From: Candidatus Latescibacterota bacterium
Lineage (GTDB): Bacteria > Latescibacterota > UBA2968 > UBA8231
DNA length: 64,000 nt
Reading direction: 5' to 3'
Assembly (NCBI GenBank): GCA_965200315.1
Contig: OZ241362.1
Location: forward strand, 4,192,001 to 4,256,000
In this document: positions 9,002 to 20,230 of the stretch, one piece after another
Layout of the letters: each line of letters opens with the position of its first letter
Numbering within the stretch: position 1 is the stretch's first letter
The notes under the pieces: model-generated
Databases searched by the model: none
Told to the model about the DNA's origin: nothing
What the model saw: only the letters and a program-made list of their open reading frames with translations
Position numbers and translations under genes: made by a program

Positions 9002-10059
9002 TCAGTCGCTTCGCGGTGTCTCTTGTTGGTACCATTGTGCTTGCAGGGAAAACATGCGTGCGTATTCCCCCCGGCGCTCTATCAGCTCGGTGTGCGTCCC
9101 CTCCGCCAGTACCAGGCCCTCGCTCAGGACCAAGATTCGGTCGGCCACCCGCGCCGAGGCCATGCGGTGCGAGACAAAAACGGCGGACTTGCCCTCGCTC
9201 AGGGCCCAAAATTGGCGAAAGACCTCCAGCTCGGCGCGCGGGTCGAGGGCCGCGGTCGGCTCGTCGAATACGAGGACTTGGGAGTCGCGGAAGTACGCAC
9301 GTGACAGGGCCAGCTTTTGCCACTGGCCGCGCGATAAATCCTGCCCGCCCTCAAAGTAGCGGCCCAGCGTGGTGTCGTAGCGCTCGGCTAGGGATTCGAT
9401 CAGCAGGGCGCTGCCGCCCGCGGTTGCGGCCCGCTCTACCCGGATTTGGTTGGCGAGGGCTTCGGCCTGACCATAGCCGATGTTTTCGCGTGCGGTGCGC
9501 TGGTATTGCACGAAGTCTTGGAAAATTGCCGCGCACCGCTGTCGCAAGACTTGCGGGTCGATTTCGCGGCCATCCACTCCATTGTAGAGGACGCGCCCCG
9601 CGCTGGGCTGGTACAGCCCTAAAAGCAGCTTGATTAGGGTTGTCTTGCCGGCCCCGTTTTCGCCCACCAGCGCGAGTTTTTCCCCCGGCCTAAGCCGCAG
9701 ATTGACCCCGCTGAGCACGGGCGGCCCGTCGCCATAGGCAAACTCCGCGTCTTCAATCGCTACGTCCAGCGGTGCGCTCGGCAGGACTGTTTGGCCCTTC
9801 GGCTCGGGGGCGATTCGACGAAGTCGCGCAAGTCGCGGATGTGGAGCGTTTGCTCAAAGACATCGCCCATCTGGCGCAGCAGTTGGAAGAGCGTGTTTTG
9901 GAAGCGCGTGATGGCCTCGGCAAGGGCGAAAGAGCCCCCCAAGGTCAGGGTGCCATAGGTGGCTTGGTAGAGCAAGATGACCAGCGATAAGAGGGCCGAA
10001 ATGATACCGCTCAGCCGCCCGCCAAATATATAGCGCTGCTGGCGGAGCGTTTGCGCCAC
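9002..10059 (-). pseudogene. ABC exporter remnant (5'-truncated TMD fragment frameshifted from an intact NBD)
   Basis: GENGAGKTT, LSRGQWQK and DEPTAALD in 9002-9718. TMD fragment in a separate ORF 9760-10059. Confidence 0.7.
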
Positions 10060-10148
10060 CGCCTCACCACCCCGCGTCTGCTAAGTGCGGCAGTTTTCTT
10101 TTTTTTTTACTCTTCTAAGTTAAAGCACACCACCCCGAGGCTCCGCTC

Positions 10149-12704
10149 ATGCACAATGTAGCGCTCGATTTGCTCATCTTGCTCGCCGGGATTTGGCTAG
10201 TGGCCGTTACTTTGCGGCCGCTGGGCTTGCCGACGGTAATGGGCGAATTGATCGTCGGAGTCTTGGTGGGGCCGGCGGTTTTTGGTTGGATTGAGCCAGA
10301 CGAGGCCATTCAGTTGTTGGCCGAGATCGGCATCTTCTTTCTGATGTTCCACGCCGGGGTGGAGACCCAACCCAACGAGTTTTTCGCCGCGCTCAAGCGC
10401 TCGCTGGGGGTAGCGATTGCAGGGGCCGCAGTGCCTTTTGCCGTCAGCTTTGCGGTTGCCCAATTCTTCGGGCTGGACTTGGTGGCCTCCGTCTTTGTGG
10501 GGCTTATCATCGGAACCGCTACCGCAGTCGTAATCACCCTCAAAAGCCTCAAGGACTTGGGGCTGACCGATACCCGCATTGCGCGGATTATCGTTGCTAG
10601 CTGCGTCATCAACGACCTTTTGACCTTGATCTTTTTTAGCCTAGTAACCGGCGCGCTCTCCGGCGGCACCTTTGCCCCCTTGGACTTGGTAATTAACCTG
10701 GGCAAAGTAGTAGGTTTTTTTGCGGTCGCGCTGCTTTTGGGCACCTTTGTCTATCCCCGGCTCACCCTGCCCTTCCGCGCCGAAGGCGGCAAGGGCTTCA
10801 CCTTTGTGCTGCTGGCCGCCATTGCCGCCGGTCTTTTTGCCGAGGCCATTGGGCTGCACATGATCTTGGGTGCCTACTTGGCGGGCCTTTTCTTTGAGGA
10901 GCGCGTCGCCCACCCCAACTTGGTCAAAGTGGTAAACGACCGTGCGTACGGCATTGCCTATTCGTTCTTAGGGCCGATCTTCTTCATCTCGCTGGGCTTT
11001 TCCATTTCGTTTGACATTAGCGCGTCGGGGGTGGCGTTTATCGCGCTCTTGGCGGTGACGGTCATCTCCGGTCAGGTGCTCAGCGCCGGTAGCATGGCGC
11101 GGCGCATCGGCATGTCTTGGCGCGAGGCACTGACGGTGGGAGTGGGCATGTGCGGCCGCGCCGAGATGGCGTTTATCTTGGCCGCCCTAGCTTTGGCCCA
11201 AGGGGTCATCGATCAGGCCACCTTTAGCATTTTGATCTTTACCGCATTCCTGTTAAACCTTTTCACGCCACTGGCGCTCAAGGGCTGCGCCGTCCTCCTA
11301 GAAGGCCGGGTGGCGCATGGGGGAGACACCAACCTTGGGGTGTTTCAGATCGACAAGTTCAATACTCCACTCGTCGATAAAAACCTAGCCGACCGCGCCC
11401 TGCCTGCCGTGGAGGACGCCGTGGTCATCTATGGATACGGGCCAGAGGTCGAGACCCTAATAGAAGAGCTTTCCAGCCGACATCTGCCGCTGGTGGTGAT
11501 CGAAGAGGACGAGGCGACCGCACGGCAGCTTCAGACAAGCCCTGATGTGCGGGTCGTGCATGCACACCTAGCGGCGGAGACGCTGGACCTGCGGCCATTG
11601 ACCAAGGCCAAGGCGCTGGTGGCCAACGGCTCAGACGACGACAACGCCCTGTTTGCGCTCAGCGCCCGCGAGGCCGGTTTTGCCGGTCCAATCGTGGCGA
11701 TGATCGAACACCCCCAGCGCCGCGGCCCCATGCTGCTGGCGGGCGCAACCGCGGCCTTTACCCCCAACCACGTCCTTGCGGCGGCGATCGCCGTCCGCGC
11801 TAGCGCAAAGATCGGGCCGCGGGTGGCGGGGGTAGAGCCGCTCGACTCGCTGCTCGAAGTGGCCGAACTGCGCGTTCACGACCAAAGCTCGCTCGCCAAC
11901 CGCACCTTGGCCGAGACCGAGTTGTACACTCAGACTGGTGCCCACATCGTCGGGCAGTGGGCAGACGATGCGCTCGGCTCGCCACCGACCGCCGCGGAAA
12001 AGCTACAGCCCGGAGCCATTCTGGTGGCGGTCGGTACGCCCGAGAGCATTCACAGGTTAAACGACATGGCCCGGCCTATTACCCAGCAGGGGCCGATTGT
12101 GGTGATTGGCTTTGCCGATGTCGGGCAAAAGCTGGTCGAGATTCTCCGGGCTGCGGGCGAGGAAGTGCGGGTTATCAATGCGGTTGAAAGCACGGGAGTC
12201 GATGTGGTCGGCGACGTGCTCGACGTACGCGTCTTGGACCGCGCTGCCATTGCCGAGGCGCGGGTCGTCATCCTCGCCCTCGACAGCGACGGGGCCGCCC
12301 TGTTTGCCGCGGCGGTGGTGCGCGATCACGTTCCAGAGATCCCCTTGTTGGCCTGCGTGTCCCACGTTGAAAACGCAGACCGGGTGCAGCGCGCTGGCAC
12401 TGATTTTGCGCTCTCGGTCAGCCAGGTCGCTGGCCAGTTGTTGGTCCACCATGTCCTCGGAGAGATGGTTTCACACAAGCCTCGGATCAAGATGGTCAAG
12501 CTGCGGCCCGGCCCCCTCGCCGGACGCCATCCCCTCGCCGCGCACATCCGCGAGCGCACGGGCTGCTCGGTGGTGGCGGTTGAGCGGGCCGGCGATGTGA
12601 TCATGGAGATCCCGGCTTCGTTGGTGCTCGAGCCAGAAGACGCGCTCTATATCTGCGGCACGCCCGCAGCTTTTGATCGCTACTACGAGGAATTTCCGAC
12701 TTAG
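10149..12704 (+). CDS. CPA2 cation/H+ antiporter with tandem TrkA-N/TrkA-C (RCK) domains
   Basis: About 12 TM (GELIVGVLVGP, GPIFFISLG) followed by two Rossmann-like (GYGP, GFAD) and two TrkA-C domains. Confidence 0.85.
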   Translation: MHNVALDLLILLAGIWLVAVTLRPLGLPTVMGELIVGVLVGPAVFGWIEPDEAIQLLAEIGIFFLMFHAGVETQPNEFFAALKRSLGVAIAGAAVPFAVSFAVAQFFGLDLVASVFVGLIIGTATAVVITLKSLKDLGLTDTRIARIIVASCVINDLLTLIFFSLVTGALSGGTFAPLDLVINLGKVVGFFAVALLLGTFVYPRLTLPFRAEGGKGFTFVLLAAIAAGLFAEAIGLHMILGAYLAGLFFEERVAHPNLVKVVNDRAYGIAYSFLGPIFFISLGFSISFDISASGVAFIALLAVTVISGQVLSAGSMARRIGMSWREALTVGVGMCGRAEMAFILAALALAQGVIDQATFSILIFTAFLLNLFTPLALKGCAVLLEGRVAHGGDTNLGVFQIDKFNTPLVDKNLADRALPAVEDAVVIYGYGPEVETLIEELSSRHLPLVVIEEDEATARQLQTSPDVRVVHAHLAAETLDLRPLTKAKALVANGSDDDNALFALSAREAGFAGPIVAMIEHPQRRGPMLLAGATAAFTPNHVLAAAIAVRASAKIGPRVAGVEPLDSLLEVAELRVHDQSSLANRTLAETELYTQTGAHIVGQWADDALGSPPTAAEKLQPGAILVAVGTPESIHRLNDMARPITQQGPIVVIGFADVGQKLVEILRAAGEEVRVINAVESTGVDVVGDVLDVRVLDRAAIAEARVVILALDSDGAALFAAAVVRDHVPEIPLLACVSHVENADRVQRAGTDFALSVSQVAGQLLVHHVLGEMVSHKPRIKMVKLRPGPLAGRHPLAAHIRERTGCSVVAVERAGDVIMEIPASLVLEPEDALYICGTPAAFDRYYEEFPT

Positions 12705-13525
12705 CTATTGGGTGGATAGGCGCGGAACAAGTCTCGCTGCGCTTGTGTGAGGCGGGCGAATGTCTCTGGGGTGATGTGCTGCTTTTCATCCATGGTGGCG
12801 ATGTTTTGCGACATCATCCAATACGGCCCGTAGCCTACGTGCAGGGTCTTGCGCGTCTGCTCAGAGCGGTTGGTAAAACCGCCGTGGCGCAAGTTCTCGG
12901 TGAAGAGAATCGCGTCTCCGGCCTCGACCTCTAGGCCGATCATGTCGGGGTCTTGGTCCGGGTCGTTGCTGTGGGGCGAGGGCAGGTTGGTCTTGTGAGT
13001 GCCCGGCACCACGCAAAAGGCCCCCTGCTCGTTGGTGCAATCGTGGATGAAATAGACCATCCGCACCATCATGCAGTCGATGCCGTGGTCTGTGTAGCTG
13101 TAGCGGTACTTTTGGCTGGCTGAAGCGGTGCCGCCGTGGCAGCCGGTGGCGTTGCCACGGTAGCGGATGCGAATCTCGGAGTTGTTGATCGTCGGCCGCT
13201 GTTTGACGATGCCGTGGACGTAGCTCATCGTCGGCTGGTGATCGAGCAAAACGTCGAAGGCCGGGTTGGCGTTCCAGTAGTCTTCGATGATGAGGGTCTT
13301 GCCCTCGGCCCGCTCGCCGTTGGCGTGGTAGCCGCGCTCGGGATTGGCGTGGTAGTTAGCCCCCCAGCCGCTTTGCTTGCGCGGTGGCTGCGCGACATGC
13401 GCGAGCGCGTGTTCTTCCAGCTCATCAACGGCCGCGACCAGCGCGGCCACTTGGCTCTCGTTCAGCAGCTTGTCAATGACGATGTAGCCTTGGCGGTCGA
13501 ATTCAAAGGTTTCGATTTCGTTCAC
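12701..13525 (-). CDS. Phytanoyl-CoA dioxygenase (PhyH) family protein
   Basis: FDRQGYIV, VVPGTHK, GDAILFTENLRHGG. Confidence 0.8.
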   Translation of the reverse strand: MNEIETFEFDRQGYIVIDKLLNESQVAALVAAVDELEEHALAHVAQPPRKQSGWGANYHANPERGYHANGERAEGKTLIIEDYWNANPAFDVLLDHQPTMSYVHGIVKQRPTINNSEIRIRYRGNATGCHGGTASASQKYRYSYTDHGIDCMMVRMVYFIHDCTNEQGAFCVVPGTHKTNLPSPHSNDPDQDPDMIGLEVEAGDAILFTENLRHGGFTNRSEQTRKTLHVGYGPYWMMSQNIATMDEKQHITPETFARLTQAQRDLFRAYPPNS

Positions 13526-13566
13526 GAGGTTCTCCTAATCGTGCAGTTGAATGAAGGCGGTCGCTG

Positions 13567-14370
13567 TCAAAGCGCGAGCCGCCTGACTAGGTTGCCGCCT
13601 TTGACCAGCGCGCGCTCGGCCGCCCCGTAGCTCGCTAAATGTGCATCGACAATCGCCGGCGTACCGCTGCCCCAGACCATGCGCTGCGGCCCAAAGGCTT
13701 CGATCACGCGCCGCGTAAAGGGCTGGGCACTTTTGTACAGCGGTGCGTCGTGGGCGAAATGGCCGAGGCCAGACAGCTTCATATAGACCTCGGCGTCCGC
13801 ACGGCTCAGCTCCAGTATGTCGGCATATTCGACCGCACTGCCCAGATGCGGTTCGGCCAAGTGGTCGATCAGCGCCACCGTCTGGGGCATGTCGCGCAGC
13901 ACCTCGGCGACTTGGGCACCGTAATTAGGACCGATGTGCAATTCGACGATCAAGCCCAGCTCCACCGCCTTTTCCCACAGGGCGCGCACGCCTTTGTCGT
14001 TGAAGCTGTCGAGATACAGCTCCTTGCCGCGGTGGGCGTGAAAGCGCGTGGCGATGATCTTGGGCTCGCGAGCAACCAAATCGGCCAACTTCCGGGGCGC
14101 GTCTGGGTCTTGGGGATAAAACAGCGATGTGCCCCGCAGCCGCTCTGGCTCGCGCTTTAGACATTCGAGTATCAGCCGGTGGTCGTCTCCATACGGCTCG
14201 GGATGGACGACGACGGCCCGGTCGATCCCCGCATCGGCCATGCGCTGCAAATAGGCCGCCAATGGGTCTGGGGGATGCGCGGAAACATCCGGCCGGTAGG
14301 CCGCCTTGGGATGCAAGGGATAGCGCTGGGTATCGGGGCTAAAAATGTGGGCGTTCCACTCGACGATCAT
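13567..14370 (-). CDS. Amidohydrolase_2 family protein
   Basis: NAHIF, IDHLAEP, MKLSG, FGPQRMVWGS. Confidence 0.8.
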   Translation of the reverse strand: MIVEWNAHIFSPDTQRYPLHPKAAYRPDVSAHPPDPLAAYLQRMADAGIDRAVVVHPEPYGDDHRLILECLKREPERLRGTSLFYPQDPDAPRKLADLVAREPKIIATRFHAHRGKELYLDSFNDKGVRALWEKAVELGLIVELHIGPNYGAQVAEVLRDMPQTVALIDHLAEPHLGSAVEYADILELSRADAEVYMKLSGLGHFAHDAPLYKSAQPFTRRVIEAFGPQRMVWGSGTPAIVDAHLASYGAAERALVKGGNLVRRLAL

Positions 14371-14442
14371 CGGGCCGTCTCCTCGTGCAGAGCAACTGTA
14401 TCACGCCCATCCGCGGCTGTCAAACGGCTCTGCCGCAGCACC

Positions 14443-14471
14443 TTGACAATACAGGTTAGGGATTCTATTTT
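14443..14471 (+). promoter_or_regulatory. Sigma70-type promoter of tRNA-Glu
   Basis: TTGACA-17nt-TATTTT. Confidence 0.6.
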
Positions 14472-14495
14472 TTGAAGCCGTTAAATTAAAAAATT

Positions 14496-14571
14496 GGCCC
14501 GTTCGTCTAGAGGCCTAGGACGCCGGCCTCTCACGCCGGTAACACGGGTTCAAATCCCGTACGGGCTACCA
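14496..14571 (+). tRNA. tRNA-Glu(CTC)
   Basis: Acceptor stem GGCCCGT/ACGGGCT, anticodon arm CCGGC-CTCTCAC-GCCGG, GGTTCAAATCC T-arm, encoded CCA, 76 nt. Confidence 0.95.
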
Positions 14572-14576
14572 ATTAT

Positions 14577-14615
14577 AAACCCCAGGTTGGCTACGCTGAC
14601 TTGGGGTTTTCTTTT
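14577..14615 (+). terminator. Intrinsic terminator after tRNA
   Basis: AAACCCCAG...TTGGGGTTTTCTTTT. Confidence 0.7.
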
Positions 14616-14834
14616 GGCCAATCCGCCTTGTCTGATTCTATTCTAGCTCAGCATCCGCCTTTGATTTCGGTCCTAGGCTGCGCCCCGTCGCCGGCGGTGG
14701 CGTAGCCGTCGCGCTTCCACCTTTTGAGGCTTAACAATCGAAACGCACCGCGCCCGTTTTCCTCTGTCAAAACGCCTTGACAAGGTTGGTCGGGGGCCTG
14801 CATAGCGGCAGCCCCACTCATTGCGACCTAAAAG

Positions 14835-16226
14835 CTACGAACACCAGTAGGCGTACAGGCGGGCGTTATTCAGTGCGAAACGCAGGCGCACCGGCTGTTC
14901 TCGCAACTCGTGCAGAGCCCGGCCGTTGCGCCAGCGCACGGGCACGGCGACGCCGTCCTCGGCGATGGCGACGCCGTCTTGGGCTGTATAGCCGGGAATG
15001 GGCTGCCCTTCCGCGTCGAGCAATTCGACGGTTAGCTGCCCGTAATCCGCCTTGGCGTTGACTTGCAATTCGTCCCCAGCCAGCGCAAAGGCCCGAGTCG
15101 TTATCTGCCCGCCGTCAAAACTGGCGTTGAGCGACGCGAAACCGTCGAGGCGCAGCATGGCCAAGCCAATGCCCATCGTCCCCACATCCTGATCGGCCGC
15201 AATCGGCGGGTCGAATTCGCACGGAATCTTGGCGTGCCGCCGCGCTGTGCCGCGGTAGTAGATATAGAGCTTGTCGCCCACGGGAATCGGCGGCGCACCG
15301 CTGAGCATTAGCTGGAACCGGTCCCACTCGCCCACCGCGCCCAAACCTACCAGGGGCTCGCCCGGCACCCGCTGCCAGCGCTCCCCATCGCGGCTGCACA
15401 AAAGCCGCAGGACTTGGGTTTGTTGCCGCGGGCGTTTGTCGAAGTGGGTCAGGATGCCCAAGTAGTGAGCTCCGTAGTTGAAGCCCGTGTTGTTGTAGAG
15501 CGCCTCTTCTTCGTGGAGCGGCGCTAGGAAAGGCCGCGGCGGAGACCAGTGGACGAAGTCCGCGCTCGTGCTCATCAGCCGCTCGGGCACACCGCGCAAA
15601 AAGGCCACGTAGCGCCGGCGCTCGGTATCTGCCATGAGCGACTGGGCATCGCCGACCGGCCCCAAGTCGCCGGTGCCGGGCCGCGGATGAAAGCGAAAAA
15701 GCGGGGCCGGCGAATGCGACCAGTGGAGCCCGTCCGGCGAAGTGGCACTGTAGATGCCCGAGCGCGGGCCGTCCCAGTCGTAGCTCGACCAGCCGATAGC
15801 CTTGTAGCGGCGGGTGGGATCCGGGTCGAGTGAGTCCTTGAGCATGGTCTCCCAGTGATCCTGCCCTTCGTGGTGGGTCGCGGGGATGACGATGTTGTTG
15901 TCCTTAGAGCCGAGGGCTTCGTGGATCCCGAGCGCGGGCCGCTCCCAGTGGATCCCGTCCGGCGACAGCGCGAGGCATTGCACGTGTTCGCACCATACCG
16001 CATAGTGCCCGGCCATGTACCACGCCTTGAAAATTTGTTCCTCGGCGTCGAAAATCACCGCCGCAGTCATGCCGCTGTGCTGTTCCCACGGCGCTTCCTG
16101 CTTGAGCACGGGATGTGTGCCGTACTTCTCCGCTTGGTGGAAGACTCGCGCCACGTTTTCTTGGCGCTCAATGTCGTCCATATCCACGAAGAGGCGTTTG
16201 CGGTGGTCGAGTGGGGGGCAGTTCAC
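14835..16226 (-). CDS. Beta-propeller glycoside hydrolase-like protein (GH32/43/130-like)
   Basis: Repeated SxDGxxW boxes (SPDGIHW, SPDGLHW, SADFVHW, SRDGERW), then RLDGFAS and a C-terminal beta-sandwich. Confidence 0.6.
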   Translation of the reverse strand: MNCPPLDHRKRLFVDMDDIERQENVARVFHQAEKYGTHPVLKQEAPWEQHSGMTAAVIFDAEEQIFKAWYMAGHYAVWCEHVQCLALSPDGIHWERPALGIHEALGSKDNNIVIPATHHEGQDHWETMLKDSLDPDPTRRYKAIGWSSYDWDGPRSGIYSATSPDGLHWSHSPAPLFRFHPRPGTGDLGPVGDAQSLMADTERRRYVAFLRGVPERLMSTSADFVHWSPPRPFLAPLHEEEALYNNTGFNYGAHYLGILTHFDKRPRQQTQVLRLLCSRDGERWQRVPGEPLVGLGAVGEWDRFQLMLSGAPPIPVGDKLYIYYRGTARRHAKIPCEFDPPIAADQDVGTMGIGLAMLRLDGFASLNASFDGGQITTRAFALAGDELQVNAKADYGQLTVELLDAEGQPIPGYTAQDGVAIAEDGVAVPVRWRNGRALHELREQPVRLRFALNNARLYAYWCS

Positions 16227-16230
16227 GGGC

Positions 16231-16965
16231 CTAGGTCCGCATCCCCGACTGCGATTCAAAGCTCAGCAGTCGTTTCAAGGTCGGCGTCGCCCGCGCCACG
16301 ACCTCGGGGCGCGCCAGCTTGAACTGGTCCTGCTGAGGCTTCACAAACGAGCGGCAGAAGAATCCCAACAGAATCATCCGATCCTGCTCGGTGTGATTGG
16401 CCCCGCTGCCGTGCCAAGTCGCGCCGTGGAAGACGACGATATCGCCCTTTTGGACGTCCAGTTGGATGACGTCGTCGTACTCTTTTGCTGGATCGGGCGG
16501 GCACCCGCGTTTGTAGCTGCCCGGCACGATCTGCGTGGCCCCGTTTTCCGGCGCGAAGTCGTCGAGTACGTAGATGGTATTGGCGCAGAGGGCGATGGAT
16601 GGCGGCGGCTGGGGAAAGCTACCCAGCGGAAAGTCGATGTGCAGGCGGCCCGCCGACGCACCTGGGCCGATGTGATTGACTGTGAAGCTGCTCAAGATGC
16701 AGTTGTCGCCGAGCAGGTACTCTTGGAGTGCCAAAACCTGCGGGAGCTGGATCATCTCCTCGTAAATGCGGCCCTTGTTGACGAGGTTCCACACGCGCTG
16801 GGCGCGGCCGTCGAGATAGACATGCTCTCCGCCGGCGGCCCGCTCCTGGGCAATCAGCGCGGCCGAGCGGTCTCGCAGAGCATTGGCTTGGGCCGGGGTC
16901 AATGCCCCTTTGAGCACGGCGTACCCGTATTCGTCGATATGGGCCTTGGCGTCGTCGATGGTCAT
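16231..16965 (-). CDS. PhyH family dioxygenase
   Basis: LHIDF, NGATQIVPGS, TWHGSGAN. Confidence 0.85.
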   Translation of the reverse strand: MTIDDAKAHIDEYGYAVLKGALTPAQANALRDRSAALIAQERAAGGEHVYLDGRAQRVWNLVNKGRIYEEMIQLPQVLALQEYLLGDNCILSSFTVNHIGPGASAGRLHIDFPLGSFPQPPPSIALCANTIYVLDDFAPENGATQIVPGSYKRGCPPDPAKEYDDVIQLDVQKGDIVVFHGATWHGSGANHTEQDRMILLGFFCRSFVKPQQDQFKLARPEVVARATPTLKRLLSFESQSGMRT

Positions 16966-16976
16966 GACGGTCGCTG

Positions 16977-17732
16977 CTAACCTCGCCCGACAAACGGCAT
17001 TTTCGTCGCCATGATCGTCATAAATAGCACATTGGTGTCCAGCGGCAACTCGGCCATTTGCACTACGGCGCGAGCCACATGCTCGACGTCAAAGCGCGGC
17101 TCAACGAGCTTGGATCCATCGGCCTGCGGCACGCCGTCGTTCATGCGCTGCGTCATATTAGTCGCCGTGTTGCCAATGTCGATCTGACCGCAGGCGATGT
17201 CGTATTTGCGCCCATCGAGCGAGGTCGATTTGGTGAGTCCGGTAATGGCGTGTTTGGTGGCCGTATAAGGGGCGGAATTGGGCCGCGGGGCCGCGGCTGA
17301 GACCGAGCCGTTGTTGATGATCCGGCCCCCGTGCGGGTCTTGAGCTTTCATAATGCGGAAGGCCGCTTGGGTGCAGAGGAAAGCACCCGTCAGGTTGACG
17401 GCGACGACCTGCTGCCACTGTTCGTATTCGAGGTCTTCCAACAGCACGGCCGGCGCACCGGCCCCGGCGTTGTTGAACAGCACGTCGAGCCGGCCAAAGT
17501 GCTCGGCGATTTGGGCGAACAGCGCGTCAACGGCTTGGGGATCGCCGACGTCGGTGGGCACCGGCAACATGCGGGCATCCGCTCCAGCCAGCGCAGCCGT
17601 TTCCTCTAAGGCATCTTGACGCCGCCCGGCTAGGGCAACCGCATAGCCGGCCTCGGCCAACGCCAAGGCACTGTGGCGGCCGATGCCGCTGCCGGCACCG
17701 GTGACGAGGGCGACTTTTGCACGTAGTTCCAT
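16977..17732 (-). CDS. SDR oxidoreductase
   Basis: [17 protein letters not shown]. Confidence 0.9.
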   Translation of the reverse strand: MELRAKVALVTGAGSGIGRHSALALAEAGYAVALAGRRQDALEETAALAGADARMLPVPTDVGDPQAVDALFAQIAEHFGRLDVLFNNAGAGAPAVLLEDLEYEQWQQVVAVNLTGAFLCTQAAFRIMKAQDPHGGRIINNGSVSAAAPRPNSAPYTATKHAITGLTKSTSLDGRKYDIACGQIDIGNTATNMTQRMNDGVPQADGSKLVEPRFDVEHVARAVVQMAELPLDTNVLFMTIMATKMPFVGRG

Positions 17733-17735
17733 CTG

Positions 17736-19961
17736 TCATCTCCTTGAATTTGAAATGCGGCGGGCGGCCTTCACCTGTCGCCGCCGCTTGTGCAACACGT
17801 TTTCCGTATATCCGTTTGGTTCGGCGCGACCGTTGAATACCAAGTCCAGCGCCGCCTGAAATTCGACGCTGGCGTCGAGGTCAGGTGCCATGGGGCAATA
17901 CGCCGGGTCGCCGCTGTTTTGCGCATCGACTACGGCCGCTAGGCGCGCAAAGGTCGCCCGCACCTGCTCCGCGCTGGCAATTCCGTGGTGCAGCCAGTTG
18001 GCGATGTGCTGGCTGGAAATTCGCAAGGTGGCGCGGTCTTCCATCAGGCCGACGTGGTTGATGTCCGGCACCTTGGAGCAGCCAATGCCCTGGCCGACCC
18101 AGCGCACCACGTAGCCCAAAATCCCCTGGGCGTTGTTGTCTAATTCCTGCTGAATTTCTTCGGGGCTGAGTTGGCGATTGAGCACTGGGGGGCTGAGAAT
18201 CGCGCCGAGCGCGGCTCGCTCCCGTCCGGCTAGCTGGCCGAGGCACTCAAAGACATCGACTTGGTGGTAGTGCAGCGCGTGCAGGGTGGCCGCCGTGGGC
18301 GAGGGCACCCAAGCGGTGGTCGCCCCAGCTTGGGGGTGGCCTATCTTGGTCTCCATCATCTCGCGCATCCGCTCGGGCATGGTCCACATGCCCTTGCCAA
18401 TCTGCGCGCGTCCCGCCAAGCCGGTGGCGATGCCGATGTCCACGTTCCAGTCTTCATACGCCCTGAGCCAAGGCTGGTCCTTGATTTCCATCTTGGGCAA
18501 CATGGGGCTTAGCTCCATGCTGGTGTGGAGCTCGTCCCCGGTGCGGTCGAGAAAGCCGGTGTTGATGAAGACGACGCGCTCGGCCGCGCAGCGGATGCAC
18601 GCGCTGAGGTTGACTGTGGTGCGGCGTTCCTCGTCCATGATGCCGATTTTTAGGGTGTTTTTACTCAGCCCCAACGCCTCCTCTACTCGCGTAAATAGCT
18701 CGACGGTCGCTGCCACTTCGTCTGGCCCGTGCAGCTTGGGCTTTACCACATAGACGCTGCCGGTCTTGCTGTTGCGGTAGCGGCCGCGGCCCTTGAGGTC
18801 GTGGATGGCCGCCAAGCTGATGACCATGGCGTCGAGAAAGCCCTCGGGAATTTCCGCGCCGTCGGCGGTGGTCACCGCATCGGTGTACATGTGGATGCCG
18901 ACATGGCGCACGAGCAACAAGCTGCGCCCGGGCAGGGTCAAGGGGTGGCCGTTGGGGGCGGTACAGGTGCGGTCGGCGCACAGGCGGCGCGTCAGGGGCT
19001 GCCCGTCCTTGACAAAGGTCGCCTCTAGTGTGCCCTGCATCAGGCCGTTCCAGTTGCCATAGACGAGAACCTTGTCCTCGGCATCGACCGCGGCCACGGA
19101 ATCCTCGCAATCTTGGATGGTGGTAAGGGCCGCTTCTAAGAGCACGTCTTTGACGCCGGCGCGGTGAGTGCGTCCAATGGGATGGGTGCGGTCGATTTGG
19201 ATTTCGATGTGCAACCCGTTGTGGCGCAATAAGACGCTGCTCAGCTGATCTCCCTCGCGCCCATAGCCGACAAATTGCCCGGCGTCTTTGAGGCCGACCT
19301 CGGCGCCGCTTGCGAGGCGGGCGCACAAGGCGGCGACCTGAGCTCCACCGAAGGTTTGCCCGCCCGCGTCCTCGCGCAGGAAAAACTCCACCACCTCTCG
19401 GTACGCCCCCTGTTGGAGGCCGGCGACCGCGTCGAGAAACGCCTCGCTGTACGCTATGACTTGGGCACCGCGCTCGGCGTCGTACGCTCCCGCCGGTACG
19501 GGCCCCTCGATTACATCTGTGCCGTACAGGGCGTCGTACAAGCTCCCCCAGCGCGCATTCGCCGCGTTGAGCGCGTAGCGCGCATTGTCAACCGGGACGA
19601 CGAGCTGGGGGCCGGCCAAGGAGGCGATTTCCGGGTCGGTGTTTTCCGTGCGAATCTGCTGAGCGTCGCCTGCGGGCAACAAGTAGCCGATCTCTTCGAG
19701 AAAAGCCCGGTAGCCTGTGGGCTCCAACGGCTCGCCGCGCCGCTGGTGGTGATAGGCGTCGATCTGGGCCTGCAAGGCGGCGCGGCACTGAAGTAGCTGT
19801 CGATTCTTTGGCCCCAAGTCTCGGACGATTTTCTCCAGCGCCGCCCAAAAATGATCGACATCCACGTCCGTCCCGGGCGCAATCTGCTCGGCGACGAGGG
19901 CGTAGAGCCGCTGGTCGATGTGCAAGCCGCCGCTAATTGTTTTTTTTGCCGATTCTGCCAT
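17736..19961 (-). CDS. glcB: Malate synthase G
   Basis: [63 protein letters not shown]. Confidence 0.95.
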   Translation of the reverse strand: MAESAKKTISGGLHIDQRLYALVAEQIAPGTDVDVDHFWAALEKIVRDLGPKNRQLLQCRAALQAQIDAYHHQRRGEPLEPTGYRAFLEEIGYLLPAGDAQQIRTENTDPEIASLAGPQLVVPVDNARYALNAANARWGSLYDALYGTDVIEGPVPAGAYDAERGAQVIAYSEAFLDAVAGLQQGAYREVVEFFLREDAGGQTFGGAQVAALCARLASGAEVGLKDAGQFVGYGREGDQLSSVLLRHNGLHIEIQIDRTHPIGRTHRAGVKDVLLEAALTTIQDCEDSVAAVDAEDKVLVYGNWNGLMQGTLEATFVKDGQPLTRRLCADRTCTAPNGHPLTLPGRSLLLVRHVGIHMYTDAVTTADGAEIPEGFLDAMVISLAAIHDLKGRGRYRNSKTGSVYVVKPKLHGPDEVAATVELFTRVEEALGLSKNTLKIGIMDEERRTTVNLSACIRCAAERVVFINTGFLDRTGDELHTSMELSPMLPKMEIKDQPWLRAYEDWNVDIGIATGLAGRAQIGKGMWTMPERMREMMETKIGHPQAGATTAWVPSPTAATLHALHYHQVDVFECLGQLAGRERAALGAILSPPVLNRQLSPEEIQQELDNNAQGILGYVVRWVGQGIGCSKVPDINHVGLMEDRATLRISSQHIANWLHHGIASAEQVRATFARLAAVVDAQNSGDPAYCPMAPDLDASVEFQAALDLVFNGRAEPNGYTENVLHKRRRQVKAARRISNSRR

Positions 19962-19975
19962 GATGTGCTCCGTTT

Positions 19976-20060
19976 AGGACCAAGATGGACAGGATGGATC
20001 AAGATAGACAAGATGAACCAAGATGGACAGGATGGACGGGGTGGACAGGATGGACGGGGG
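19976..20060 (+). repeat. Degenerate 9-bp tandem repeat (consensus GATGGACAR)
   Basis: caagatgga caggatgga tcaagataga caagatgaac caagatgga caggatgga... upstream of glcB. Confidence 0.7.
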
Positions 20061-20230
20061 TTGGATAGCTTGTAGGCACTATGCGGATATATAGCGAGCC
20101 GCCGCGATTTGAACACTGCGAGCGCTCGTCTCGTGAATACTATTCTGCGTCCTTATGAAGATCATCTAGTGAATGATGTAGAATTGCTATACCATTAGAG
20201 ACGGGCCGCACCACTACCGAGGAGAAGACC

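Noticed and set aside
10093-10108. Poly-T tract as a phase-variation switch
   Set aside because: An intergenic homopolymer with no demonstrable promoter relationship.
14496-14834. tRNA-Glu as an island integration site
   Set aside because: No integrase and no duplicated tRNA 3' end noticed.
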